DNA of 64,000 bases from Lachnospiraceae bacterium (GTDB lineage Bacteria > Bacillota > Clostridia > Lachnospirales > Lachnospiraceae). Position numbers and translations under genes: made by a program. The stretch spans positions 1,507 to 65,506 of the forward strand of contig JBJEOB010000051.1 of the NCBI GenBank assembly GCA_051880495.1, given 5' to 3'. This document shows, one piece after another, positions 48,532 through 57,857 of the stretch. Within the stretch, counting starts at the first letter, position 1, and the number at the start of each line of letters is the position of its first letter. The notes below the pieces were generated by a model. The model made no database searches. It saw nothing but the letters and a program-made list of their open reading frames with translations, and was not told where the DNA came from.

Positions 48532-49515
48532 TTATAATAAATGTGCTCGCAATTCTTCGCCGCTTAAATCTGAAAGGTAAGCCGGTGCTATGTCAAATAC
48601 TGTCTTGCAGCCCGTCTGATTTTCGTTATTCATGCGATATACGGCTCTTGCATATGCCGCAATAACAGAACCGGTAAATTCAGGATTAGAATCAAGTGTA
48701 AGCTTATATTCCACTACATGTGTATGCTCATTGTTAAATCCTGTGACGCCCGTACGGATAACACTTCCGCCATGTGGCAGTCCGCTGTGGTTTTTCTTCA
48801 TTTCTTCTTCTGTAATGAAATGAACTGTTGTGTCATAATCAGCAAAATAATTCGGCATATTCTTAATTTCTGCCTCAATCCTTGCTTTATCAGCACCATC
48901 TTTTGCCACTACAAAACATTCTCTTATATGTTTTTCACGTGTTGTAAGTTCAGGCTGCTTTCCTTCTCTTACTGCCTGCATTGCTGCCTCTACGGGAATT
49001 GTATACTGTCTGCAGTCAAGAACACCCTCTATACGGCGTACGGCATCTGAATGACCCTGGCTTACGCCCTTGCCCCAGAACGTATAATCCTTTCCATCCG
49101 GCAAAATACAGTTTGCATATAATCTGTTAAGTGAAAACATTCCCGGATCCCATCCACATGAGATAACGCATGTCTTTCCGGCTGCTTTAGCTGCAGCATC
49201 TACATTTGCAAAATGCTCCGGAATACGTGCATGTGTATCAAAACTATCCACAACATTGTACATTGCTGCATATTTCGGTGTCTGCTGTGGGAGGTCTGTT
49301 GCACTTCCTCCGCATAAAATAAGAACATCTATTTTGTCCTGCATTTCACAAAGCGCATCCTCATGATAAACCTTTACGCCCGGAGTATTAACCTTAACCG
49401 TTGAAGGGTCTCTTCTCGTAAACACACCTGCCAACTCCATATCCTTATTTTTGGCAACAGCACATTCAACACCCTTACCAAGATTTCCATATCCAAAAAT
49501 ACCAATTCTAATCAT
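48532..49515 (-). CDS. ddh: meso-Diaminopimelate D-dehydrogenase
   Basis: MIRIGIFGYGNLGKGVE...GVFTRRDP is typical of Ddh. The start ATG 49515 follows AAAGGAAG. Confidence 0.85.
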   Translation of the reverse strand: MIRIGIFGYGNLGKGVECAVAKNKDMELAGVFTRRDPSTVKVNTPGVKVYHEDALCEMQDKIDVLILCGGSATDLPQQTPKYAAMYNVVDSFDTHARIPEHFANVDAAAKAAGKTCVISCGWDPGMFSLNRLYANCILPDGKDYTFWGKGVSQGHSDAVRRIEGVLDCRQYTIPVEAAMQAVREGKQPELTTREKHIRECFVVAKDGADKARIEAEIKNMPNYFADYDTTVHFITEEEMKKNHSGLPHGGSVIRTGVTGFNNEHTHVVEYKLTLDSNPEFTGSVIAAYARAVYRMNNENQTGCKTVFDIAPAYLSDLSGEELRAHLL

Positions 49516-49607
49516 CTGCTTAACTTCCTTTCGCAATTCATGCTATCTGCTTTATTTTATTAATAAAACAGAATAAATTATAAATCCAATTTTGCTCAAT
49601 GTAAATA

Positions 49608-50777
49608 TTATATCTGTTTTTCAATAAACGAAGCAGCTTCCTTCGCACCGCCGCATTTTCTAAAAGACTCCTGTATTTTAACGGCATTTTCCTTTATGGA
49701 CGCATTATCCAAAGCCTCACGGACAGCCTTTTTAATTTCGGATGTGCTTACATCCTTTAAGAAAATACCTGCGTTCAGTTCATTTACCCTGTTGGCTACG
49801 CCCTGCTGTTCCGGTGTCTGCGGAAATAATACAAGAGGCACGCCATAATACAAGGCTTCGCTTACGCTGTTCATGCCACAATGTGTGACAAATGCATCTG
49901 TATTCTGTAAAACAGCAATCTGGTCGACAGAATTCTTAACGATACAGTTTGACGGAATTTCTCCCAGACTTGAAATATCAGTATCAGCTCCAACCGATAT
50001 GATTACCCTGTACGCTTCATCCTTTACGGCATCAAAACATTTAGTATAAAAATCAGGATGATTGTTGTCAACTGTGCCAAGCGAAATGTATACGGTAGGC
50101 ATCTGTACCTCTTCAACAGCCTCCGTAACATCACGTACTACAGGGCCGACAAAATCGTAATTTTCTGAAAATGTTTCTGCAAACGGCTGAAACATCGGCG
50201 ATGTGTAAACAATGGTTTTTGTATCATTATCATTTGCAATAATGTCAAGAACACTTTTTACCTCATAGCCCTTTGCGCGAAGTTTTTTAAGGCTCTTACT
50301 GATTTTAGGCATGCTTTTAATAACCTGAAAAAGCCCCGGGCCGCCCGACTTCATTACTTTTGCAGAATACTGATTAAATGCAAATGTTGTCGTTGACGAA
50401 ACAAATGGAATCGAAAGCTTCTTTGCAATGAGCTTGCCCCAGAATGCCATTGAATCACTTACGATTACATCAGGTTTTAGTTCTTTCATTTCTTCAAGAA
50501 CGGCATCATCAAGTGCCAGTGTAAGCTTCACAATAAGCTCTGTGGAAAATGCAAGGTCCTTACCCAGCCTTGCTCCATCCTCCTTTGATAATCCTATCTG
50601 TGGGTCATATTGGTCACATGCGACGAACTTTGCCCCTGTGCTTTCTATTTTTTCTCTCATACTCTCATACGAATAATAATATACTTCATTACCACGTGAT
50701 ATAAGTTCACGTACAACACCCAGTGTCGGGTTGGTATGTCCGTGTGCCGGAATACAGAAAAATACTATTTTACCCAT
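49608..50777 (-). CDS. MGT-family (macrolide-type, GT1) UDP-glycosyltransferase
   Basis: The N-terminus is FFCIPAHGHTNPTLGVVREL. The UDPGT-type signature is THCGMNSVSEALYYGVPLVLFPQTPEQ. Confidence 0.8.
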   Translation of the reverse strand: MGKIVFFCIPAHGHTNPTLGVVRELISRGNEVYYYSYESMREKIESTGAKFVACDQYDPQIGLSKEDGARLGKDLAFSTELIVKLTLALDDAVLEEMKELKPDVIVSDSMAFWGKLIAKKLSIPFVSSTTTFAFNQYSAKVMKSGGPGLFQVIKSMPKISKSLKKLRAKGYEVKSVLDIIANDNDTKTIVYTSPMFQPFAETFSENYDFVGPVVRDVTEAVEEVQMPTVYISLGTVDNNHPDFYTKCFDAVKDEAYRVIISVGADTDISSLGEIPSNCIVKNSVDQIAVLQNTDAFVTHCGMNSVSEALYYGVPLVLFPQTPEQQGVANRVNELNAGIFLKDVSTSEIKKAVREALDNASIKENAVKIQESFRKCGGAKEAASFIEKQI

Positions 50778-50933
50778 AATTATTTCTCCTCCGTAAGTAT
50801 TTAATCAGAAAATAACCTGCATCTAAAAGTATATCACTGTATGCTTTTCTCTTCAATTAAAATTAGCTTTTATTGACTGAAAAGTACTAAAGTGCTATTA
50901 TTTTTTATATAATATAAGAGACTGGAGATTGTT

Positions 50934-51821
50934 ATGAGTGAATATGTAATCAGCTGCTGCTCTACAGCAGATTTAACCGAAGAACATTTTAGAGAAAGAA
51001 AAATATCATATATTTGTTTTCACTATGAGTTAGATGGTAAACAGTACTTGGATGATCTTGGTAAGTCCATGCCATTCGACAAGTTCTATGAAGCAATGGT
51101 AAACGGTGCCGACACCAAGACATCCCAGATTAACTCCGAAGAATTCATAGAATACTTTGAGACGTTCCTTAAGGATGGCAAAGATATCCTTCATTTGACC
51201 TTGTCCTCAGGCATTTCAGGTGTTGTCAATTCCGCAAGAATTGCTGCCGAAGAGCTTGCCGAGAAATATCCTGACCGTAGGATAATCATTATTGATTCTC
51301 TTGCCGCATCATCGGGTTATGGTCTTTTAATGGATAAACTTGCCGATTTGCGTGATGAAGGAATGAGTCTTGATGAACTTGCCGCATGGGCTGAGGCAAA
51401 CAAATTAAAGCTTCACCACTGGTTCTTCTCCTCAGACCTTACATTCTTCATAAAGGGCGGAAGAATTTCAAAGACAGCCGGTTTTGTCGGCGGTGTTTTA
51501 AACATTTGTCCGCTGCTTAACGTAGATAATCTCGGACGTCTTATTCCAAGATTTAAGATTCGTACAAAAAAGAAGGTTATCAAGGCTATAGTTGACAAGA
51601 TGGAGGAATATGCTGAGGGAGGACTTGATTATTCCGGTAAATGTTACATTTCGCAGTCAGCCTGCTACGAGGATGCAAGAGCTGTTGCAGACCTGGTTGA
51701 AGAAAGATTTCCAAAGCTTAACGGAAAGGTCGTTATAAACAGCATCGGAACTACCATCGGTAGTCATACAGGTCCGGGAACAGTTGCATTGTTCTTCTGG
51801 GGAAGCGAAAGAATTAATTAA
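50934..51821 (+). CDS. DegV-family fatty-acid-binding protein (paralog 1)
   Basis: DegV signatures are present (TSQINSEEF, LSSGISG, IIDSLAAS, GGRISK, GSHTGPG). Confidence 0.85.
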   Translation: MSEYVISCCSTADLTEEHFRERKISYICFHYELDGKQYLDDLGKSMPFDKFYEAMVNGADTKTSQINSEEFIEYFETFLKDGKDILHLTLSSGISGVVNSARIAAEELAEKYPDRRIIIIDSLAASSGYGLLMDKLADLRDEGMSLDELAAWAEANKLKLHHWFFSSDLTFFIKGGRISKTAGFVGGVLNICPLLNVDNLGRLIPRFKIRTKKKVIKAIVDKMEEYAEGGLDYSGKCYISQSACYEDARAVADLVEERFPKLNGKVVINSIGTTIGSHTGPGTVALFFWGSERIN

Positions 51822-51828
51822 CAAGAAT

Positions 51829-52042
51829 CGGGTGTCTAAAGCCGAATAATGACTTTTTAATTGGCTAAATGCACAAATAAAGTTGTTTTCATTCCATTGC
51901 GCTAAGCGTTCCGATGAGCCTCTTCTGTGTTCAGCAAAGACTTCCACAATTTTTAGAGTCTCATCTCCACAGCGCAAAAGTCATTTAAACAATCTTTATT
52001 TGTGCATTTTCCCATTCAAATTTCCTAATAGGCTTTTGCTCG
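51829..52042 (+). repeat. Palindromic repeat element, copy A (core 51867-52010)
   Basis: The core is about 93% identical to the reverse complement of 62229-62334, apart from a ~40-nt apical insertion at 51920-51959. The internal inverted repeats are AAATGCACAAATAAAGTTGTT and AACAATCTTTATTTGTGCATTT. Confidence 0.8.
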
Positions 52043-52059
52043 TATTATGAAATGTAGAC

Positions 52060-52095
52060 TGCGGCGCCTTCAAAGACTAAAAAAGAGGCGCCGCA
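52060..52095. terminator. GC-rich hairpin between convergent genes
   Basis: TGCGGCGCCT-N16-AGGCGCCGCA forms a perfect 10-bp stem. The T-tracts on both sides are weak. Confidence 0.5.
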
Positions 52096-52134
52096 CTAAT
52101 TTCTTAATGCAACAGCCTCTTTTTATTATCTTTT

Positions 52135-52662
52135 TTAGTTAACTACTGATGAATTATATTCAATTGATGCAATGTTATCACCGTCTAAAATAAAGCAAAG
52201 CTTCATGCCATCCTTAACGTAAGCAATCTGTCCTGCTGTCTCTTCATACTTGTCACCATAAACTGCAATAACATCCGCCTTGGTCTTTGAAATATCAATT
52301 CCTTCTGCAGTCTTAACATTATCATCCTTTAAAATAATTGTTGCAATAAGATCCTTATCGCCATCAGGATATGTGTCGATTTCGTAGCTTGCATAGGTAT
52401 ATAACTTTGCAATACCCTGTGCCGCACAGCTTGGCTCCTCGAAATAGCTTACAGGGTCTCCAAGCTTTGAAACAACCGTGCTTGCATCCATGTCTACGCC
52501 AATTTGGATACCATTTACCTCAAATACATAACCCTTAACACTTTCCTGTGTATTCGGTGCTGATGTCTGTGAATTTGTCGACGTCTGCTTATCCGAACCA
52601 CAGCCGGCTAAAAGTGCCACACAAATCATTCCGGCTACAGCCAGACTTTTTCTCATTTTCAT
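52135..52662 (-). CDS. Lipoprotein of unknown function (last gene of the dlt-like operon)
   Basis: The lipobox is LLAGCGS and the RBS is AAAGGAGAG. It lies 17 nt downstream of the SGNH-like gene. Confidence 0.65.
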   Translation of the reverse strand: MKMRKSLAVAGMICVALLAGCGSDKQTSTNSQTSAPNTQESVKGYVFEVNGIQIGVDMDASTVVSKLGDPVSYFEEPSCAAQGIAKLYTYASYEIDTYPDGDKDLIATIILKDDNVKTAEGIDISKTKADVIAVYGDKYEETAGQIAYVKDGMKLCFILDGDNIASIEYNSSVVN

Positions 52663-52679
52663 AATATACTCTCCTTTAA

Positions 52680-53750
52680 CTATTTAATAACGGCTCCGTT
52701 TTTTTCGATAGATTCATACTGGGCAGCTATTTCCGCATCATATGCCTCACGCTTTTTAGCCCATTTAGCCGCAAGCTCTTCATCATTTCTTCTGTCAGTA
52801 ACATTACACTCAGTGGCGAGAATATTACCGAAATAATGTGCCATCTTCTCAGCACCTGAAAGATTCAGATGCAGACCTGCATCATAGGTGTCCGTACTAT
52901 AATCAAGTCCTATTTCATCTGTGCATTCAAGGAAATTATAATACTTAAGTCCATGTTCCTTCGCATATGAAACCATCTGTTCATCCCATTCATCATACCA
53001 TGCAGGGTATAGACTCGGTGCCTTGACCAACACTAATTCTACATCATTTGCCTTACACAATTCAACCATCTTATCAAGATAATAATATGAATTGTCGCCA
53101 AACGTATAATCTGCAAGGACCTTAGGCTCCGGAATATTTTCAACAGGAAGCACATCCACACGCATATAATAGCCGTTATGTGTTACTTTATCCCTTTTCC
53201 AGAAATATGTCAAATCCTCTTTAGAAAGTTCATTCCATCTTGAATGATATCTGAGCAGCGGAAATACATAATCAAGAAATTCCTCTTCCTCAGTCATGGA
53301 AGCCATGATGCTTCCTATTTTCGACGATGACCATTTCATGCCGTCTATCGTCATTCTGTTATATGTTTCCTTCTGCGGCTTGTCATATTTCATTGACAAC
53401 ACATTAAATACAATCACCTGTGGCTTTTCATATTTGAGTGTCTCTTCCATCAGATAATACGACTGCCAGATGAGCTGCTGTGCGCTTCCTCTTATGAAAC
53501 TGTTAATTCCATACTCCTCCCACAGCACAACAGGTGAAATATTCTCATAAAGTTCACAGTCGCCTACAAAAATCACGTCATGGTTCTTGTCTTCATCGTA
53601 ATATTCTGCAATCATGGCACCTTCTACGACGCCTGACATATATTTTGGCATCATAAGACGCTGCAGAAGATACAAAACGCCAACAATTATAAATACTGAA
53701 ATCAGGACTTTTAAGACCGTCTTCCACTTTTTTCCTTTATTTTCCACCAA
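52680..53750 (-). CDS. DltD-like / SGNH-type membrane-anchored acyl(aminoacyl)transferase-esterase
   Basis: An N-terminal TM anchor is present. The block I-like motif is FVGDCELYE (Cys where DltD has GSSE and SGNH has GDS). The block V-like motif is DAGLHLN. The gene sits after an MBOAT gene. Confidence 0.55.
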   Translation of the reverse strand: MVENKGKKWKTVLKVLISVFIIVGVLYLLQRLMMPKYMSGVVEGAMIAEYYDEDKNHDVIFVGDCELYENISPVVLWEEYGINSFIRGSAQQLIWQSYYLMEETLKYEKPQVIVFNVLSMKYDKPQKETYNRMTIDGMKWSSSKIGSIMASMTEEEEFLDYVFPLLRYHSRWNELSKEDLTYFWKRDKVTHNGYYMRVDVLPVENIPEPKVLADYTFGDNSYYYLDKMVELCKANDVELVLVKAPSLYPAWYDEWDEQMVSYAKEHGLKYYNFLECTDEIGLDYSTDTYDAGLHLNLSGAEKMAHYFGNILATECNVTDRRNDEELAAKWAKKREAYDAEIAAQYESIEKNGAVIK

Positions 53751-53761
53751 CTTACCTCTTT

Positions 53762-55354
53762 CTAAAACTGGTTATAAATAAACTGATTAGCATCATAACC
53801 AATTCCATAGCTTCCAAAAAGAATTACAAGAAGGAACAGGCCAAACCAGATACAAAAACGTAATGCATATGGCTTTGCAGCTATTTTCTCCCTGACACTG
53901 CCGGTTCTTTGTACAAGGCTGACTGTCAGAAGAATCAGAAATCCGACAAATACAATTACATAATCGGCAATACTAAGTCCAAGAGAAAGCAGTGTTCCCG
54001 AAAATAATTCTCCCACATTAAATGTGGTAAACATACTTCCTACCATTCGAAACGTTAACGGCACATCACGGTAACAGTCAAATGTTCGAAGACAGCTCAT
54101 AAGGAGAACTGTTCGTATTATCTGGAATGCCTTATACCATGTTTTCCCTGCCACGTTAAACTTTGCATGGAACTTATTATATAATGGTTCGCATTCCTGC
54201 GAAATCATAATTACTACATAGTTGGCAAGTCCCCATACTATAAAATTCCAGCTTGCTCCGTGCCAGATACCCGTTGCAAACCATACTGCAAAACATGACA
54301 GATAAATTGTAACACGCTTTCCAATCTGTTCACCAAGGTGTTTTCTGGAAAAACGGCTCAGCTTTAACATAGGCTGACATACCGAAATCGGATAAAAAAT
54401 ATAATCCGTAAACCAGCTTCCCATTGTAATATGCCAGCGGTTCCAGTATTCTTTGATATTTTTTGAAAAATACGGACGTATAAAGTTTTCCGTAACTTTT
54501 ATGCCCATAGTCTGTGCAATACCGATGGTTATATCAATACCGCCCGTGAAATCAGCATAAAGCTCCAATGCATAAAACAGCATACCGACAAGAACATATA
54601 CACCGCGATATGCTGCAGTATCATTTACAATGGCATTTACTGCCACGACAAGTCTGTCTGCAATTACAAGCTTCTTAAAGAATCCCCAGAGTATTCTCTG
54701 AAGACCGAATGAAACTGTCTTTTTGTCGAATGAATGTGGTTCATACAGAGACTTTGCCAAATCATCAAAACGGCTTATCGGTCCCTGAATCAGCTGCGGG
54801 AAGAATGATACAAAAAGCGCAAGCTTAAAAAAATTCTCCTCAGCGCGGTATTTCCCACGATAAACATCAATCGCATATCCCATTGACTGGAAGACATAGA
54901 ACGAAATACCCATCGGCAGCGCAATGTTTAAGAACGAAAGCTGCCTGCTGCTGTTAAACCACGAAAGCACCGTATTAATATTGTGAATAGTAAAATTGGT
55001 GTATTTTACTACTGCTAACATTCCAATGTTCAGAACAAGGCAAAGGACCAGAAGATGCCACTGCTTTTTCTTACCGATTTCCTTGTAAGCCTTACGTTCA
55101 TCCCTTGACATTTCTGCCTTATGCTCTTTGATATAATCATCCTGGGCATCCTTGGATTTCTGAATCATGCGTGTCAGCACATATGTGCTTATTGTCGTAA
55201 ATACAATATAAAAAAGATTGCCAAAGCCGCTTGCAAAATAGAAGATGTAACTTCCGACAAGCAATAACGGCCACTGAAATCTCTTAGGCACAATGTAGTA
55301 CAGAACGAGCATTGCAAAGAGAAACAATAAAAAAGTATACGATGTAAATAACAT
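53762..55354 (-). CDS. MBOAT-family membrane O-acyltransferase (DltB/AlgI-like)
   Basis: The protein is polytopic with the MBOAT His motif WNRWHITMGSWFTDYIFYP. At 530 aa it is longer than a classical DltB. Confidence 0.85.
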   Translation of the reverse strand: MLFTSYTFLLFLFAMLVLYYIVPKRFQWPLLLVGSYIFYFASGFGNLFYIVFTTISTYVLTRMIQKSKDAQDDYIKEHKAEMSRDERKAYKEIGKKKQWHLLVLCLVLNIGMLAVVKYTNFTIHNINTVLSWFNSSRQLSFLNIALPMGISFYVFQSMGYAIDVYRGKYRAEENFFKLALFVSFFPQLIQGPISRFDDLAKSLYEPHSFDKKTVSFGLQRILWGFFKKLVIADRLVVAVNAIVNDTAAYRGVYVLVGMLFYALELYADFTGGIDITIGIAQTMGIKVTENFIRPYFSKNIKEYWNRWHITMGSWFTDYIFYPISVCQPMLKLSRFSRKHLGEQIGKRVTIYLSCFAVWFATGIWHGASWNFIVWGLANYVVIMISQECEPLYNKFHAKFNVAGKTWYKAFQIIRTVLLMSCLRTFDCYRDVPLTFRMVGSMFTTFNVGELFSGTLLSLGLSIADYVIVFVGFLILLTVSLVQRTGSVREKIAAKPYALRFCIWFGLFLLVILFGSYGIGYDANQFIYNQF

Positions 55355-55356
55355 TT

Positions 55357-55599
55357 TTAATCCTCATCAATAAGACTCTGTACAAGATTGCATAAAGCAT
55401 CTACAGAGTTGAAATTTTCCGGGATAATCTTATCAGCAGAAACAACAATATCAAATTCTTCATTGATTTCAGATATAAGTGAAATAATATCAAATGAATC
55501 CAACACCTTGCTGTCCACAAGTGTATCACATGCTTCAAAATCCTCGTCAGGATGTAACTCACTCAAAATTTCTAATAATGTGCTCTTAATTTCTTCCAT
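55357..55599 (-). CDS. Carrier protein (DltC-like, 80 aa)
   Basis: The phosphopantetheine-attachment motif is VLDSFDIISLI. It overlaps the end of the adenylation gene by 14 nt. Confidence 0.8.
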   Translation of the reverse strand: MEEIKSTLLEILSELHPDEDFEACDTLVDSKVLDSFDIISLISEINEEFDIVVSADKIIPENFNSVDALCNLVQSLIDED

Positions 55600-57106
55600 T
55601 TTTCTTCATCTCCATATAATTATTTTTTAATTCAACACGGTTAATCTTGCCGTTTGCCGTAAATGGCATTTCCTTAAGCTGTTCAACATAATTAGGTATC
55701 ATATACCTCGGCAGTTTCTCCTTAAGGCATGAAACCAAAGACTTAACCTCTATGTCTCCAACATAATAAAGGACTATCTTTCCATTTTCATTATCATAAA
55801 TACATCCGCACAGCTTAACACCCTCAACCATATTTACATTGGCTTCAATTTCTCCAAGCTCAATACGGTGGCCCATGTGCTTAATCTGGTAATCCTTTCT
55901 TGAAACAAATACCAGTTCACCGTGCTCATTGTATTTGCCAATATCACCGGTGCGGTAGATAATTTCCGGATATGCCGTATTCAAAGGATTCTGTACAAAT
56001 ACATCCTTTGTTTTTTCCGGATTATTGTAATATCCAAGTGTTACCGAAGTACCACGGATACAGATTTCACCTTCATCTGCCGGTTCATTTTTGTCATTAA
56101 GAAGCAGAATTTCCGTATTCTTAAACGGTCTGCCAATCGGAATAGGCTCATTATCACCAAGCTCTCTCTCCACATGATAATAACAGCACATTCCGGTACC
56201 TTCCGTAGGTCCGTAAAGGTTTGTAAATGAAGCCTCCGGTAAGGTTTCCCTCCAGATTCGGAACTGCTTTATCGGAAATACTTCACTGCCAAATGCAATA
56301 GTTTTTAAATAAAGCGGCTTAACGGTCTTAAACGTGCCAAATGCCGAAATCATTGTGAGTGCTGAAACCACCCAGCAGATTGTGTTGACTTTGTGCTCAT
56401 TTAGGAATTCCACAAGCTTTACCGGGAACATGAACAGACTCTTTGGCACTATGTATGTCGTAGCTCCGAATTTTAATGTAGGATACAGCTCCTTTAAGCA
56501 GGCATCAAAGTACAATGGTGTCTGGTTAGCAAATACCGTGTTTTCATTGAAGCCCAGTGTATCCGACAACTGCTCTATATAATCTATTACCGAGCGGTGG
56601 CATGCTACAACACCCTTTGGCACGCCTGTTGAACCCGAGGTAAATACAATATATATCGGGTCAGTGTCAAGCGCCTTATCACGAATGTCCGAAAGCGCCT
56701 TGGTATTTTCCCCAAGTCCTGATATATCATCATAAAGACAGAGATTACACTTATAATTAAATGTTTCCGCCTTCTTAATTGTCTCTGAATCACATATAAT
56801 CCATTCAGCCTTACAGTTCTCAAGAATGAGATCTATTCGGCTCTGTGGCATTTCCTCATCGATTGGGACATAAAAACATCCCGCCGTAATAACACCAAAA
56901 AATGCCATAATTGTCTTTGGATGCTTATTCATAAATACAACAACAGGTTTTCTGTAACAATTATTTTGAGCAAGAAATGTTCCCACACTTCTGCTGTGTT
57001 CGTAAACCTGTTTAAACGTATATTCTTCTGCCTCATTTGCAAATGCAACCTTATCCGGAACCTTCTTAACGATTTCATCCAGATACGTCAAAACATTGTT
57101 CATCAT
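55586..57106 (-). CDS. Stand-alone amino-acid adenylation enzyme (DltA-like, ANL superfamily)
   Basis: Core motifs are IVFTSGSTGVPKG (A3), YFDACLKE (A4), NLYGPTEGT (A5), YRTGD (A8) and the terminal NGKINR (A10). Confidence 0.85.
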   Translation of the reverse strand: MMNNVLTYLDEIVKKVPDKVAFANEAEEYTFKQVYEHSRSVGTFLAQNNCYRKPVVVFMNKHPKTIMAFFGVITAGCFYVPIDEEMPQSRIDLILENCKAEWIICDSETIKKAETFNYKCNLCLYDDISGLGENTKALSDIRDKALDTDPIYIVFTSGSTGVPKGVVACHRSVIDYIEQLSDTLGFNENTVFANQTPLYFDACLKELYPTLKFGATTYIVPKSLFMFPVKLVEFLNEHKVNTICWVVSALTMISAFGTFKTVKPLYLKTIAFGSEVFPIKQFRIWRETLPEASFTNLYGPTEGTGMCCYYHVERELGDNEPIPIGRPFKNTEILLLNDKNEPADEGEICIRGTSVTLGYYNNPEKTKDVFVQNPLNTAYPEIIYRTGDIGKYNEHGELVFVSRKDYQIKHMGHRIELGEIEANVNMVEGVKLCGCIYDNENGKIVLYYVGDIEVKSLVSCLKEKLPRYMIPNYVEQLKEMPFTANGKINRVELKNNYMEMKKNGRN

Positions 57107-57124
57107 GACGCGTTATCTTCCTTT

Positions 57125-57841
57125 CTACTTTGTTATAAGCTGCTCATACTCTTTCTTCAATGTACCGCACTGCTCCACTGCACATTTTGCAAGAACCTGC
57201 ATTGCATCTAAGTAGCCTGCGCCTATTTTCTCATCTCTTCGAATCATTGATAATTCAGTACATCCGAGAATGATTACTTCGGCGCCCTTATTTTTCAGTT
57301 CCTCTGAAACTCTCTCAAAACGATCCATCTCCACGGGCTTTGTTGCCTTGACATTCTTATAAATAAGATGCATGACATCCTTTTGTCCGTTCTCCTCAGG
57401 CACAACAATCTTTATACCTGCATTCTGCATTGATTTCTGAAAAAGACCACTCTTTACCGTTCCGTCAGTTGCCATAAGTCCAACGGTTTTAACATTCATT
57501 TTCTTAAGATACAACGCGGTTTCCTCTATAATATTTATCACCGGAACAGGAATCTGTCCAGTCAGTTCGTCATAGAAATAATTGGCGGTAATACATGGTA
57601 TGGCAATGACCTCTGACCCGTTATCAGCAAGTTTTTTCCCAAGGTCAGCCATTGGTATGCCCGGGTTGGCATTACTCTTTCCCAGAATATAACTTGTTCT
57701 GTCCGGAATCCACGGACAGTTAAATATAATCATTTCGATATGCTCCTGATCTGTATCGGCCTGTGTCATCTCAATGACCATCTGCATAAAAAATGCTGTT
57801 GCCATCGGGCCTAAGCCACCGATTACTCCTAGTTTTTTCAT
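57125..57841 (-). CDS. Aspartate/glutamate racemase-family protein (aspartate-racemase-like)
   Basis: The N-terminus is MKKLGVIGGLGPMATAFF. Two catalytic Cys motifs are present (IPCITAN and LGCTELS). I take the start at ATG 57841 (GGAGTG upstream) because the ORF-track N-terminal extension overlaps the upstream gene. Confidence 0.8.
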   Translation of the reverse strand: MKKLGVIGGLGPMATAFFMQMVIEMTQADTDQEHIEMIIFNCPWIPDRTSYILGKSNANPGIPMADLGKKLADNGSEVIAIPCITANYFYDELTGQIPVPVINIIEETALYLKKMNVKTVGLMATDGTVKSGLFQKSMQNAGIKIVVPEENGQKDVMHLIYKNVKATKPVEMDRFERVSEELKNKGAEVIILGCTELSMIRRDEKIGAGYLDAMQVLAKCAVEQCGTLKKEYEQLITK

Positions 57842-57857
57842 ATCGTCACTCCATTCT

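Noticed and set aside
51657-51977. A 106-aa minus-strand ORF overlaps the degV-1 3' end and repeat copy A. A similar 81-aa ORF at 62198-62443 overlaps copy B.
   Set aside because: The two ORFs are read from opposite faces of the same repeat and share no protein similarity. Neither has an RBS, and both are explained by the palindromic non-coding element.
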